This document shows, piece after piece, positions 1 through 8,898 of a DNA stretch of 64,000 nucleotides (position 1 is its first letter; every line of letters begins with the position of its first letter). The DNA is from an uncultured Acidobacteriota bacterium (GTDB lineage: Bacteria > Acidobacteriota > Terriglobia > Acidiferrales > UBA7541). The notes under the pieces are model-generated. The model saw nothing but the letters and a program-made list of their open reading frames with translations. It was not told the origin of the DNA and ran no database searches. The stretch covers positions 83,141-147,140 of the forward strand of contig CAWJJR010000010.1 of the NCBI GenBank assembly GCA_963843265.1, written 5' to 3'. The position numbers and the translations under genes were made by a program.

Positions 1-451
1 GTTCGGCAGTAAGCGGCTTGCCATCATGCTCGAAGGCGAAGAGCACGTTTGGCTTGAGCAGGTCCTCTAGCGGCACGTTCGCGGTGTAGCCTTCTTCGGC
101 GAGGATGGAAGCAAACATCGCGCCGGCCTTGGGCTTGACGAGTTTCATCACTTCCGTGAAAAGCACGCCCTTCCAACGATTATCGAGGCGGCTCCAGCGC
201 GTGACGCAGTGGAAATCCGACATGGTTTCGGTTTGTGGCAACGCGCGAAATTCGTTCCAGGTCAGCCGCTTAGGCTCTTCGACTTCTCCGGAAATCTGAA
301 AATCCCACCTGGCCGGATCGAAATGCGGAATGCTCCCGTAATGCAGCACCGGCCACTTCAGCGTGAGCGACTGCCCGGGCGGCAGCCGGCCTTCGGCCTT
401 CGCTTTGTTTTCCAGCTCCTTGCGCGTTCCCAAGTCACCGAATAGAGACAT
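1..451 (-). CDS. sulfite oxidase-like molybdopterin oxidoreductase (N-terminal part; gene continues past coordinate 1)
   Basis: Own translation of the minus strand from ATG at 449-451: MSLFGDLGTRKELENKAKAEGRLPPGQSLTLKWPVLHYGSIPHFDPARWDFQISGEVEEPKRLTWNEFRALPQTETMSDFHCVTRWSRLDNRWKGV... The PVLHYG and HCVTRWS motifs are typical of this family. Not in the ORF track because there is no stop inside the window. Confidence 0.75.
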   Translation of the reverse strand, partial: MSLFGDLGTRKELENKAKAEGRLPPGQSLTLKWPVLHYGSIPHFDPARWDFQISGEVEEPKRLTWNEFRALPQTETMSDFHCVTRWSRLDNRWKGVLFTEVMKLVKPKAGAMFASILAEEGYTANVPLEDLLKPNVLFAFEHDGKPLTAE

Positions 452-580
452 TTAATTCTCCTGGGCGATTTGATGCTCGCAGGCCCCCGCGGATTCCATT
501 AAAGTTTCGCTCCGAACAGGTCTTTTTCGGAGAAGGCTTTGAACGTTGACCGCATGTCCCAGATATGAGACATTGGATAT

Positions 581-913
581 GTGAGGGCGGCGATTTTTCA
601 TCCCTCCGCGAGGGCTGCGATTCGGCTGTTCCCGGAGGATGTGCGGAAGGAGTTGGGCAAGGCAATCTTCGACTTGCAGAGAGGAGAAACCTTGACGATG
701 CCTCTCGCGCGCTCAATGAATTCGATAGCACCGGGTGCCGCAGAGTTAAGAGTTCGAGACCGGAGCGGAAGCTATCGAGTTCTGTAGTACGCGCGATCTT
801 CGCGTGGCATTTTTGTGTTTCATGCATTTGTGAAAAAGAGCAAGACGACGCCAAAGCACGAGATGGAATTGGGGGAACGGCGGCTAAGGGAGCTACTCGA
901 TGAAGAAATCTAG
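581..913 (+). pseudogene. RelE/ParE-superfamily (HigB/Gp49-like) toxin interrupted by an in-frame TAG at 785-787
   Basis: Frame from GTG 581 gives ...FPEDVRKELGKAIFDLQRGE...AELRVRDRSGSYRVL*. The same frame continues YARSSRGIFVFHAFVKKSKTTPKHEMELGERRLRELLDEEI* (stop 911-913). Both halves together match the HigB/Gp49 layout (YRVIY...VLHAFxKKTQKT...IELA..R). Confidence 0.75.
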
Positions 914-1199
914 AGCGATCGTGACGCGCACGGCGGCCGAGTTGGCAAAGGTGCTGGGGCTGACTCCGGCCGCAGGGGCGGAGATCGAGCTGCGCAACAA
1001 CTTGAACTCGAAAATTGTCGAGGTGGTGCAACGCAAAGGTTTGACGCATGGGCAAGTGGCGCGGCTGGCGCGAACTTCGCGGACGCGCGTTACAGCCATT
1101 ATGAACCACAACACGAAAGACATCTCGACCGACCTTCTCTTGCGCGTGCTCTATGCTCTCGGCTATACGGCAAAAATTAAATTCCAGAAAGCGGCCTAA
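900..1199 (+). CDS. XRE-family HTH antitoxin (HigA-like)
   Basis: 99 aa with HTH core GLTHGQVARLARTSRTRVTAIMN. ATG 900 overlaps the end of the toxin reading frame by 14 nt, a typical TA operon layout. Confidence 0.8.
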   Translation: MKKSRAIVTRTAAELAKVLGLTPAAGAEIELRNNLNSKIVEVVQRKGLTHGQVARLARTSRTRVTAIMNHNTKDISTDLLLRVLYALGYTAKIKFQKAA

Positions 1200-1256
1200 C
1201 CGCGGCAGCCTGCCTCTGCAGCAGCAAGCGCTTGCGGGAGGAACCAAAGAGTCCGC

Positions 1257-1646
1257 ATGAACGGAGAAAAAATGCTCGCATCCATGAGGATGGTGGGTTT
1301 CTTGCTTACCAAGGATTACGACAAGGCGCGTGCGTTTTACGAGGGGAAACTGGGATTCGAGTTTGTGAGCCAGGATCAGTATGCCCTGGTGGTGCGGGCG
1401 GGCGAGAACACGATTCGGATTGTGAAGATTCCCACGTTTACCCCGCTGCAGAGCACCGTGCTGGGCTGGGAAGTGGATGACATTGAAACCATTGTGGATT
1501 GGCTGGCGAAACGGGGCGTCGTGTCTGAAAAATATCCATTCGTTCAGGACAAGGAGCGGGGGATATGGACGGCACCGGGCGGAAGCAAAGTCGCGTGGTT
1601 CAAGGACCCGGACGGGAATGTGTTGGGGGTCTCGCAACATGGATGA
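1257..1646 (+). CDS. VOC family (glyoxalase/bleomycin-resistance fold) protein
   Basis: 129 aa; KARAFYEGKLGFEFV ... WFKDPDGNVLGV are typical VOC beta-alpha-beta-beta-beta module motifs. Confidence 0.8.
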   Translation: MNGEKMLASMRMVGFLLTKDYDKARAFYEGKLGFEFVSQDQYALVVRAGENTIRIVKIPTFTPLQSTVLGWEVDDIETIVDWLAKRGVVSEKYPFVQDKERGIWTAPGGSKVAWFKDPDGNVLGVSQHG

Positions 1647-1811
1647 ACGGCGTCGTTGTGAAGTAGCGGTCATTTGCAACTCCGGTCAGGTGCGCATGCT
1701 GTAGTAGTCCCGCGGGGGTCGAGGCGCGGCGGATCGGCGCGGTTTGGGTAGCCGGGAATTTTCAGGCAAAGTATGCTTGCAATTCAAGGCAGATGGTGGG
1801 AGTTTACGTTC

Positions 1812-3068
1812 ATGCAAAACCAAATGAACCGACGCAATTTTTTGCTAGGGGCGGAGGCGCTGGTGGTGGCCGGAATGCTGAACCGGGCGTATGCGCATGT
1901 GCCGCCGGACGATGTGGCGAGCGACGAGAAATTCTGGGCGGGAATCCGTAACGCGTACGTCCGCGATCCGGAGATTTTGAATTTGAACAATGGCGGAGTG
2001 GCGCCGGCGCCGACTTCCGTGCTGGAAGCGGAGATCGAGGCGATCCGCTACAGCAACACGCTGCCGGCTTACCGCATGTGGCACGATCTTGAGCCAAAGG
2101 TCGAGGACGTGCGGAAAAAGCTCGCCGCCTTGTGGAGCACCGATCCGGAATGCATTGCGATCACGCGGAATGCCAGCGAGTCCCTGCAAATTGCGCAGTT
2201 TGGGATTGACATGGCGCCGGGCGACGAAGTGCTGACGACGAGCCAGGATTATCCCCGCATGATCACGACCTGGCAGCAGCGAGCGCGGCGGGAAAAGATC
2301 GTGCTGAAGCAGGTGAATTTTGGCGTGCCGGTGAAGAGCCCGAACGATTTGGTGAACCTGTTCGAACAGGGGATCACGCCGCGCACGAAAGTGATTCATT
2401 TGTCGCACGTGGTGTTCCTGACAGGCCAGATTTTTCCGATTAAAGAGATTTGCGCGATGGCGCGGGAACGCGGAATCATCAGCATTGTCGACGGAGCGCA
2501 CGCGTTTGCGCACGTGCCGTTCAAGTTTACGGATGTGGATTGCGATTTTTATGGGTCGAGCCTGCACAAGTGGCTTTCGGCGCCGATTGGGACCGGCATG
2601 TTGTACGTGCGCAAAGACCGCATCGAAAAGCACTGGGCGCTGATGGCGGCGCCGCCTTCGATGGACAAAAATATCCGCAAGTACGAAGAAATCGGGACGC
2701 ATCCAGCGGCCATGCATAATGCGATTTTGCAAGCGCTCGAGTTTCACGAGCAGATGGGCGACGAACGAAAATTCGCGCGGCTGCGCTATTTGAAGAACCG
2801 CTGGGCGGACCGCTTGGCGAACGTGAAGGGCGCGAAAGTGCTCGTCGGGCTAGAGCCGGACCTTTCCGGCGCATTCGGGACGATTCATTTCGATACGATC
2901 GAGCCGGGGAAGCTGAGCGAGGCGCTGCTGGCGAAGCACAACATATTTGTCGTGCCGATTGTTTCTCCGGGGATCACCGGGATTCGCGTCAGCTCGAATG
3001 TCTACACCTCAACGGAAGAGATCGACCGATTCTGCGGAGCCGTGGAAGAGATTGTGACGCGGGCGTAG
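1812..3068 (+). CDS. class V aminotransferase-fold PLP enzyme with Tat signal peptide
   Basis: IVDGAHAF and SSLHKWL (PLP-lysine context) motifs. The N-terminus MQNQMNRRNFLLGAEALVVAGMLNRAYA carries a twin-arginine motif. Start 1812 or 1824 is preferred over 1773. Confidence 0.85.
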   Translation: MQNQMNRRNFLLGAEALVVAGMLNRAYAHVPPDDVASDEKFWAGIRNAYVRDPEILNLNNGGVAPAPTSVLEAEIEAIRYSNTLPAYRMWHDLEPKVEDVRKKLAALWSTDPECIAITRNASESLQIAQFGIDMAPGDEVLTTSQDYPRMITTWQQRARREKIVLKQVNFGVPVKSPNDLVNLFEQGITPRTKVIHLSHVVFLTGQIFPIKEICAMARERGIISIVDGAHAFAHVPFKFTDVDCDFYGSSLHKWLSAPIGTGMLYVRKDRIEKHWALMAAPPSMDKNIRKYEEIGTHPAAMHNAILQALEFHEQMGDERKFARLRYLKNRWADRLANVKGAKVLVGLEPDLSGAFGTIHFDTIEPGKLSEALLAKHNIFVVPIVSPGITGIRVSSNVYTSTEEIDRFCGAVEEIVTRA

Positions 3069-3184
3069 AGCCGGCACGAACGCGAGCGGTAAATCTCATT
3101 TCCCAAATTATAAAGTGAAGACTGGGGCTGATGCGGGATTTGTGTCTCCGTGCATTTGCAGACCGTGGCGAAGCCGTGCCAAGC

Positions 3185-4468
3185 CTACGGCGCGTCGGAT
3201 TTCGCGATGATTAGCGTGAGGTCGTCGTGCTGTTCGTGGGGGGCAAATTGGCGCACGTCGGCGACGATGGAGTCGAGGAGGGATTGGGAGGGTTTGGCGC
3301 GATGGCGGCGGAGGGAAGCGATTAGGCGGGCTTCGCCGAATTCGTCGCGGGCTTCGTTGAAGGCTTCGGTGATGCCGTCCGTGTAAAGAGCGAGCGTGTC
3401 CCCGGGGCGGAGGGTGCGCTCGCCGATTTCGCAATCCCATTTTTTGAAAATGCCGAGGACGGTGGCCGTGGGGTCCAGACGGTCGAGGGAGTCGTCTTGG
3501 CGGACGATGAGCGCGGGGGGATGTCCGCAATTGACGTAGCGGAGAAGGCCGCTAGAGACGTGGTAATCGACGAATAAGAGTGTGGCGAAGGCGCCGTCGG
3601 GCGTGTTTTGGGAAAAGAGTTGATTGACGGCGCACAGGAGGCGCTGCGGCTGATCGAGAGAAATGGCGCACTGGCTGCGGAGATTGGCTTGCAGATTGGC
3701 CATCAACAGCGCGGCGGCGATGCCTTTGCCAGAAACGTCGCCGATAACGAGGCCGAACCGGCCGGGGCCGAGGTCGAGGAAGTCGTAATAATCTCCGCCG
3801 ACGGCGCGCGCGGGAAAGCAGTGGCCGGCGTAATCGAGCGCGGGAATTGGCGGACGGATTTGCGGAAAAAAGCGGCACTGAACTTCGTTGGCGATTTCGA
3901 GTTCCTGGGCAGCGCGGCGTTCCACTTCGAGTTTGGCGGCGGTGGCGCGGCGCTGGGCTTCGAGAGCGTGAGTGACCTCGTCGAAGCTCACCAGCGTAAA
4001 GGTGTTGCCATCGACATCGCGGAAGCGGGCGACGACGCTGCCCCAAACGGTGGTCTCCGCACCGAGAAGGGGGGAATCGGCCTGAGGTGAACCAGAGCCC
4101 TTCTCGAAATCGTATTTCAGGCGCTTGAGGCGGGGTGTCGAATGAAAGCGGACGCCGCGTTTGGACCATTCCTGAAATTTGGTCAAGACGTCTTCTGTGA
4201 TCAAAATGACATGGGTGGAACGGCCGATGAGTTTGGATTCGGGCGTATTGGGCTTGGGAACGACCAGCGCGAGAACCGTGGAGCCGTCGGGAGGCGCGAC
4301 GGCGACCAGGCGGTCGCCGGATTGGAGCTTGGCGTCGTAAGCAAGATGGAAGCCGAGTTGGTCGACGAAGAAGCGGATGCTGCGGTCATGGTTGCGGACG
4401 AAAATGTTGACGCACTGGATGCTGAGGTGGGGATGCGGTTGAGCGGCGGGAGTGGGCGCGGAGGACAT
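3185..4468 (-). CDS. VOC-domain / PP2C (SpoIIE-type) serine phosphatase fusion protein
   Basis: N-terminal HLSIQCVNIFVRNHDRSIRFFVDQLGFHLAYD (VOC fold), central coiled coil (EAQRRATAAKLEVERRAAQELE), C-terminal SpoIIE motifs GDVSGKGIAAALLMANL and LYTDGITEA. Start uncertain (4468 or 4543). Confidence 0.85.
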   Translation of the reverse strand: MSSAPTPAAQPHPHLSIQCVNIFVRNHDRSIRFFVDQLGFHLAYDAKLQSGDRLVAVAPPDGSTVLALVVPKPNTPESKLIGRSTHVILITEDVLTKFQEWSKRGVRFHSTPRLKRLKYDFEKGSGSPQADSPLLGAETTVWGSVVARFRDVDGNTFTLVSFDEVTHALEAQRRATAAKLEVERRAAQELEIANEVQCRFFPQIRPPIPALDYAGHCFPARAVGGDYYDFLDLGPGRFGLVIGDVSGKGIAAALLMANLQANLRSQCAISLDQPQRLLCAVNQLFSQNTPDGAFATLLFVDYHVSSGLLRYVNCGHPPALIVRQDDSLDRLDPTATVLGIFKKWDCEIGERTLRPGDTLALYTDGITEAFNEARDEFGEARLIASLRRHRAKPSQSLLDSIVADVRQFAPHEQHDDLTLIIAKSDAP

Positions 4469-4570
4469 GGGAAGATTATACGGGGAGACGAAGGGGGAAG
4501 AATAAAGATATGAACTTGCGCAAATTGTGCTGCAAACTCTCATCGGTGTAGAGCAGAGGAGATCTTAGTC

Positions 4571-4870
4571 GTGGCTGGACTGAAGATGTTCGCGACAGCA
4601 GTCATCACGGTTTTCGCGGTGGCGGGATTGTTCGGATGGATGATGTTTCGTGCCGGACAATCAGCAGACAGGGCTGCTCGTGACCCGCGATATCGACGTC
4701 GGCAGATGATTCTTGTAGCTGCGGTGTATTCTGTGTTCTTAGCGTATGGAATCATGCAAATCGCTTTCGGCCGCTTACCCAGGCTGGATCTGGTCGGCCT
4801 CATCATTCCAATTCTGTTCATTTGGTATTTCTGGCGCGCGGCAAGCCGAACAAAAATCCCTCGAGAGTAG
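4571..4870 (+). CDS. small membrane protein, unknown function
   Basis: 99 aa with three hydrophobic segments (FATAVITVFAVAGLFGWMMF, ILVAAVYSVFLAYGIMQIAF, LVGLIIPILFIWYFW). GTG start. No recognised family. Confidence 0.5.
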   Translation: MAGLKMFATAVITVFAVAGLFGWMMFRAGQSADRAARDPRYRRRQMILVAAVYSVFLAYGIMQIAFGRLPRLDLVGLIIPILFIWYFWRAASRTKIPRE

Positions 4871-5028
4871 ATCCGCGGACATGGAGAAAGAGAAAAAAGC
4901 AAGCCGACGACCGCACCGCTCGGCACGCCTCGCCCAGTGCTACATCTGAAGGACGCATTTGCCCGGGGGAGTGAAGTAGGGGACAATTTTGTTGAACGAG
5001 ATGCGAGAACAAAGAGGGCGAGGGTGGA

Positions 5029-5997
5029 ATGACGGCGAAGATATTGGATGGGACGAAGATTCGGGATGAGATTTTTGCGGAGTTGAAGGATGAGGTGGCG
5101 ATTCTGTCGTCGGCGGGGATACGGCCGGGGCTGGCGGCGGTGCTGGTGGGGGAGAATCCGGCTTCGCAGCTATATGTGAAGAGCAAGATTGCGGCTTGCG
5201 AGCAGTTGGGGATGGGCAGCGGGCTTTTGACGCCGGACGCTAGCATTACGACGATGGGATTGCTGGCGATTGTGGAGGATTTGAACCGGGACAACGATAC
5301 GGACGGGATTTTGATTCAGCTTCCCTTGCCGGCGCAGGTGGATACGAAGAGGATTTTGGAGGCGGTCGATCCGGCGAAGGACGTGGACGGATTTCATCCG
5401 GTGAATTTGGGGAAATTGGTGAGCGGGAGGCCGGGACTGGTGGCGTGCACGCCGGCGGGCTGCATGGAGATTTTGCGGCGCAACGAGATTGCGATTGAGG
5501 GGGCGAACGCGGTGGTACTCGGGCGGAGCGACATTGTGGGCAAGCCCATGGCGCTGCTTTTGATGCATGCAAACGCTACCGTGACGATTTGCCATTCGAA
5601 GACACGGGATTTGCCGGACGTGGTGCGGCGCGCGGACGTTGTGGTGGCGGCGATGGGCAAGGCAGGATTTGTGCAGGCGGATTGGGTCAAGCCGGGCGCC
5701 GCGGTGATTGATGTGGGCACGAATCGCGTGACGGACGCCGCAGAGGCGGAAAGATTGTTCAGGAACTTCCCCGCCCGTTTGGAGAAATTCCGGGCGAAGG
5801 GGAATGCGTTGGTGGGCGATGTCCATCCTGACGCGGCGAATGTGGCCGGGGCGCTGACGCCGGTGCCCGGAGGCGTGGGGCCGATGACCATTACGATGTT
5901 GATGAGCAACACGGTGAAGGCGGCGCGGATGCGGCGAGCAAAAGCGGCGCCACGGACGATTTCGGCTGGCGGACCCTCCGGCGCGGGCTCGCGATAA
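5029..5997 (+). CDS. folD: bifunctional methylenetetrahydrofolate dehydrogenase/cyclohydrolase
   Basis: DGILIQLPLP, GRSDIVGKPMALLL and PVPGGVGPMT motifs. Carries a longer-than-usual insert before LVGDV and a basic C-terminal tail. Confidence 0.95.
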   Translation: MTAKILDGTKIRDEIFAELKDEVAILSSAGIRPGLAAVLVGENPASQLYVKSKIAACEQLGMGSGLLTPDASITTMGLLAIVEDLNRDNDTDGILIQLPLPAQVDTKRILEAVDPAKDVDGFHPVNLGKLVSGRPGLVACTPAGCMEILRRNEIAIEGANAVVLGRSDIVGKPMALLLMHANATVTICHSKTRDLPDVVRRADVVVAAMGKAGFVQADWVKPGAAVIDVGTNRVTDAAEAERLFRNFPARLEKFRAKGNALVGDVHPDAANVAGALTPVPGGVGPMTITMLMSNTVKAARMRRAKAAPRTISAGGPSGAGSR

Positions 5998-6005
5998 AAC
6001 ACAGA

Positions 6006-6617
6006 ATGAAGCGAATGGGACTTACCGGCGGAATTGCGAGCGGCAAAAGCGCCGTCGCGGCGATTTTGCGCGAGCTGGGATTTCATGTGATTGACGCGGA
6101 TGAGCTGGGGCATACGTTGATCGAGCCCGGGCAGCCGGCTTATGACGAGATTGTGCGTGAGTTCGGGCCGAGCGTGCTTGGAGAGGACGGGCGGATCGAC
6201 CGTGCAAAACTTGGGGCCATGGTGTTCGCGGACGCGGAGAAATTGGCGCGGCTGAATGCAATGGTGCACCCGCGGGTGGAGACAGAAATTCACCGGCAAT
6301 TCGCGGAGTGGGAGAAGGACGGAGTTCGCGACGCGGCGTTTGTCGAGGCGGCGCTGCTGGTCGAGGCCGATTATCAGAAGAGATTGGATGGATTGGTGGT
6401 GGCGTGGTGTCGTCCCGAGCAGCAGGTCGAGCGATTGCTGGCGCGGGGTTTGAACGAGGTCGAGGCGCGGCGGAGGATTGCGGCGCAAATGCCTGCGGAG
6501 GAAAAATTAAAATACGCGACGGAGAAGATTGATTGTTCAGGGACGAAAGAGGCGACAAGGAAACAGGTAGAGGAATTGGCGGCTAAGTTGAGGCGGGGAG
6601 CGGTGGGACACGTCTAA
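6006..6617 (+). CDS. coaE: dephospho-CoA kinase
   Basis: P-loop GLTGGIASGKS at the N-terminus, about 200 aa, located directly after folD. Confidence 0.92.
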   Translation: MKRMGLTGGIASGKSAVAAILRELGFHVIDADELGHTLIEPGQPAYDEIVREFGPSVLGEDGRIDRAKLGAMVFADAEKLARLNAMVHPRVETEIHRQFAEWEKDGVRDAAFVEAALLVEADYQKRLDGLVVAWCRPEQQVERLLARGLNEVEARRRIAAQMPAEEKLKYATEKIDCSGTKEATRKQVEELAAKLRRGAVGHV

Positions 6618-6686
6618 GAACAGAGTAGACAAGAGCGGATCTAAAGACCCGCACCTGAACAGAAAAAATCGTGTGGTATCTTTGAG

Positions 6687-7889
6687 ATGAGATGGGGTCG
6701 GGGAAGGATTAGAAATATGAGCGCGGGAAAAGCTTCGAACGCGGTGCGATTGGCGATAGTGGCGGTGGTGCTGATTTCCGGGGCGTACTGGGCGGGGGGA
6801 CGATGGGGACAGCGGCAGCCGAGGAAAGTGGAGGCTCTGCCGATAGCCGCGGAACCAGAGGGCGCGACTGACGTTGCCGCGCGCGACGCGGGACTAACAG
6901 ACGATGAGTCCATCAACGTGCGGGTGTACCGGGAAGTGTCTCCAGCGGTGGCAAACATTCTGACGAAGGCGACCGAGTATGATTTTTTCATGGACCCCGT
7001 GCCGGTGGAAGGAGCGGGCTCGGGATTTGTAATCGATCCGCGCGGATATATTTTGACGAACTTTCACGTGGTGCAAGAAGCGCAGTCGATTGAGGTCGTG
7101 CTGGGCGACAAATCGAGGTATCCGGCGAAATTTGTTGGGGCGGACCAGCGGAATGACGTGGCGCTGGTAAAAATCGATCCGAAGGGCAAGAAACTGGTGG
7201 TGTTGCAGCTAGGCGATTCGTCAAAGCTGCAAGTAGGACAAAAAGTTTTGGCGATCGGGAACCCCTTCGGATTTCAGAGCACGCTGACGACCGGAGTAGT
7301 GAGCGCGCTTGGCAGAAACGTTCAGACCAGCCAAACAACATTAATTGACGAGGCGATTCAGACGGATGCGGCGATCAACCGGGGAAATTCGGGCGGCCCG
7401 CTGATCGACTCGCATGGCGATGTGATTGGCATCAATTCGGCGATTTATACGCCTAGCGGAACGACAGCAGGAATCGGGTTCGCAATTCCCATTAATACGG
7501 CGAAAAGAATTGCGCACGATTTGATTACGGAAGGGCGCGTCCGCGAAGCGTATCTGGGAGTGCAGACGCTGTCGGTGGGCGGATGGCTTTCGCAAGCGCT
7601 CGATCTGCCGGTGCAGGAGGGATTGCTGATCGAAGAAGCAAAGCAGGACGGGCCGGCGGCGGCGGCAGGGTTGCACGGCGGAAATCAGCAAGCGCTGGCG
7701 GGAATGCAGCGGATCACGATCGGCGGCGACGTGATCGTGGCGATTGACGGCCAGAAAATCGCGGATCAATCGGATATGAATTTGGTCTTGAACCGGAAGC
7801 GGCCTGGGGATACGGTGACGGTCACGGTGTATCGGGGCGGGAAGAAGCTGGATATACCGGTGAAGTTGGGGGAGCGGTCTGGGAATTGA
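6687..7889 (+). CDS. HtrA/DegP-family serine protease with PDZ domain
   Basis: Catalytic-triad contexts TNFHVV, NDVALVK and GNSGGPL. C-terminal PDZ (GLLIEEAKQDGPAAAAGL). N-terminal membrane anchor. Alternative start at 6718. Confidence 0.92.
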   Translation: MRWGRGRIRNMSAGKASNAVRLAIVAVVLISGAYWAGGRWGQRQPRKVEALPIAAEPEGATDVAARDAGLTDDESINVRVYREVSPAVANILTKATEYDFFMDPVPVEGAGSGFVIDPRGYILTNFHVVQEAQSIEVVLGDKSRYPAKFVGADQRNDVALVKIDPKGKKLVVLQLGDSSKLQVGQKVLAIGNPFGFQSTLTTGVVSALGRNVQTSQTTLIDEAIQTDAAINRGNSGGPLIDSHGDVIGINSAIYTPSGTTAGIGFAIPINTAKRIAHDLITEGRVREAYLGVQTLSVGGWLSQALDLPVQEGLLIEEAKQDGPAAAAGLHGGNQQALAGMQRITIGGDVIVAIDGQKIADQSDMNLVLNRKRPGDTVTVTVYRGGKKLDIPVKLGERSGN

Positions 7890-7981
7890 GTGGCTATCAA
7901 AAAACAGGACGCAGGCCGAAATATCTGATTTGCCGTTTGGGCGATGCAAGGGCAAGAGACAGGCAGGAATGTCTTTCCGAA

Positions 7982-8806
7982 CTACTTTGAAAATTCGGCG
8001 CGGAAATTTTGGCGGTCGGATTCCTTGAGAGAGAACCAGGATTCGGCGATGTCCCGGACGCGTTCTAGTTCGCGCTGCATTTCGGCGTGCTTGGATTCGA
8101 GGACGGCGGCGTTGGCGTCGGGCGGGACGTAGATGGGCGGTGCAAAGAGGATTACGGCGCGGGCGAACGGAGCGGGCAGCAGAAAGTGATCCCAGGTTTT
8201 TTCGAACGTTTTGCCGCGGTCAACACCGATGTGGAAGACGAGGACGGGGCATCCGGTTTTTCGGGCGAGCATGACAGGGCCGGGCTTGGCGACGTAACGA
8301 GGACCGCGAGGACCGTCGATCGTGAAAGCGCAATCGACGCCTTCTTCGAGGCGCCGAGCCATCACCGCAAGGCCGCGTAAGCCGCCACGTGAAGAACTTC
8401 CCTGAGCGGTGCCGAAACCCAGCCATTCGATCACTTTGCGAGTCCACTGGCCATCGAACGCCGTGGTGTTCATCACTACGACGCCGTGATTGCGGTGCCA
8501 CCAAACAATAGGAATGATGACGCGGTGCCAAAAAGCCCATATACAGCGTTTGCCGCTCGCGTGCACGCGTTCGGCGTTTTGCCAGCCGTAAACCTCGAAG
8601 CGCAACGTGGGGCCGAGAATGCGAATCACACTGTAGACCGCGGCCGCGATGAACGGGATTTGGATGCGGCGAGACCACGGAAGATCGGGCAAACGCGTAT
8701 CGTAATGAACGCTGATGGATTCGGCAGGACTTTCTGCTGCGACCGGTTCGGATGAATCCTTCGGGGTAACCGGCAGCGCAGCGCGAGTTGTCTCGGTGTT
8801 AGCCAT
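7982..8806 (-). CDS. DUF374-type lysophospholipid acyltransferase family protein
   Basis: WAFWHRVIIP ... GSSSRGG ... TIDGPRGPR ... WDHFLLPAPF are hallmark DUF374 motifs. Start uncertain (8806 or 8899). Confidence 0.8.
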   Translation of the reverse strand: MANTETTRAALPVTPKDSSEPVAAESPAESISVHYDTRLPDLPWSRRIQIPFIAAAVYSVIRILGPTLRFEVYGWQNAERVHASGKRCIWAFWHRVIIPIVWWHRNHGVVVMNTTAFDGQWTRKVIEWLGFGTAQGSSSRGGLRGLAVMARRLEEGVDCAFTIDGPRGPRYVAKPGPVMLARKTGCPVLVFHIGVDRGKTFEKTWDHFLLPAPFARAVILFAPPIYVPPDANAAVLESKHAEMQRELERVRDIAESWFSLKESDRQNFRAEFSK

Positions 8807-8898
8807 TGTCTGTATAGTCGCCTCGGGATGCGAGGAAGCAAAGGCGGCGTGACGTATAGTATAGGCGAGAGTTTCTTGCCCGGCTCGCTGGAGCCCCA

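Noticed and set aside
435-1679. 414-aa minus-strand ORF spanning the higBA and VOC genes
   Set aside because: It is antisense to three better-supported plus-strand genes. Its Arg/Pro/Ser/His-rich low-complexity composition is typical of GC-rich antisense frames, and it has no recognisable motif.
5394-6488. 364-aa minus-strand ORF across folD/coaE, and similar antisense ORFs (1845-2747, 21233-21892, 58654-59445, 42594-43472)
   Set aside because: Each is antisense to a gene with diagnostic catalytic motifs. They have no motifs of their own and a composition typical of high-GC shadow ORFs.
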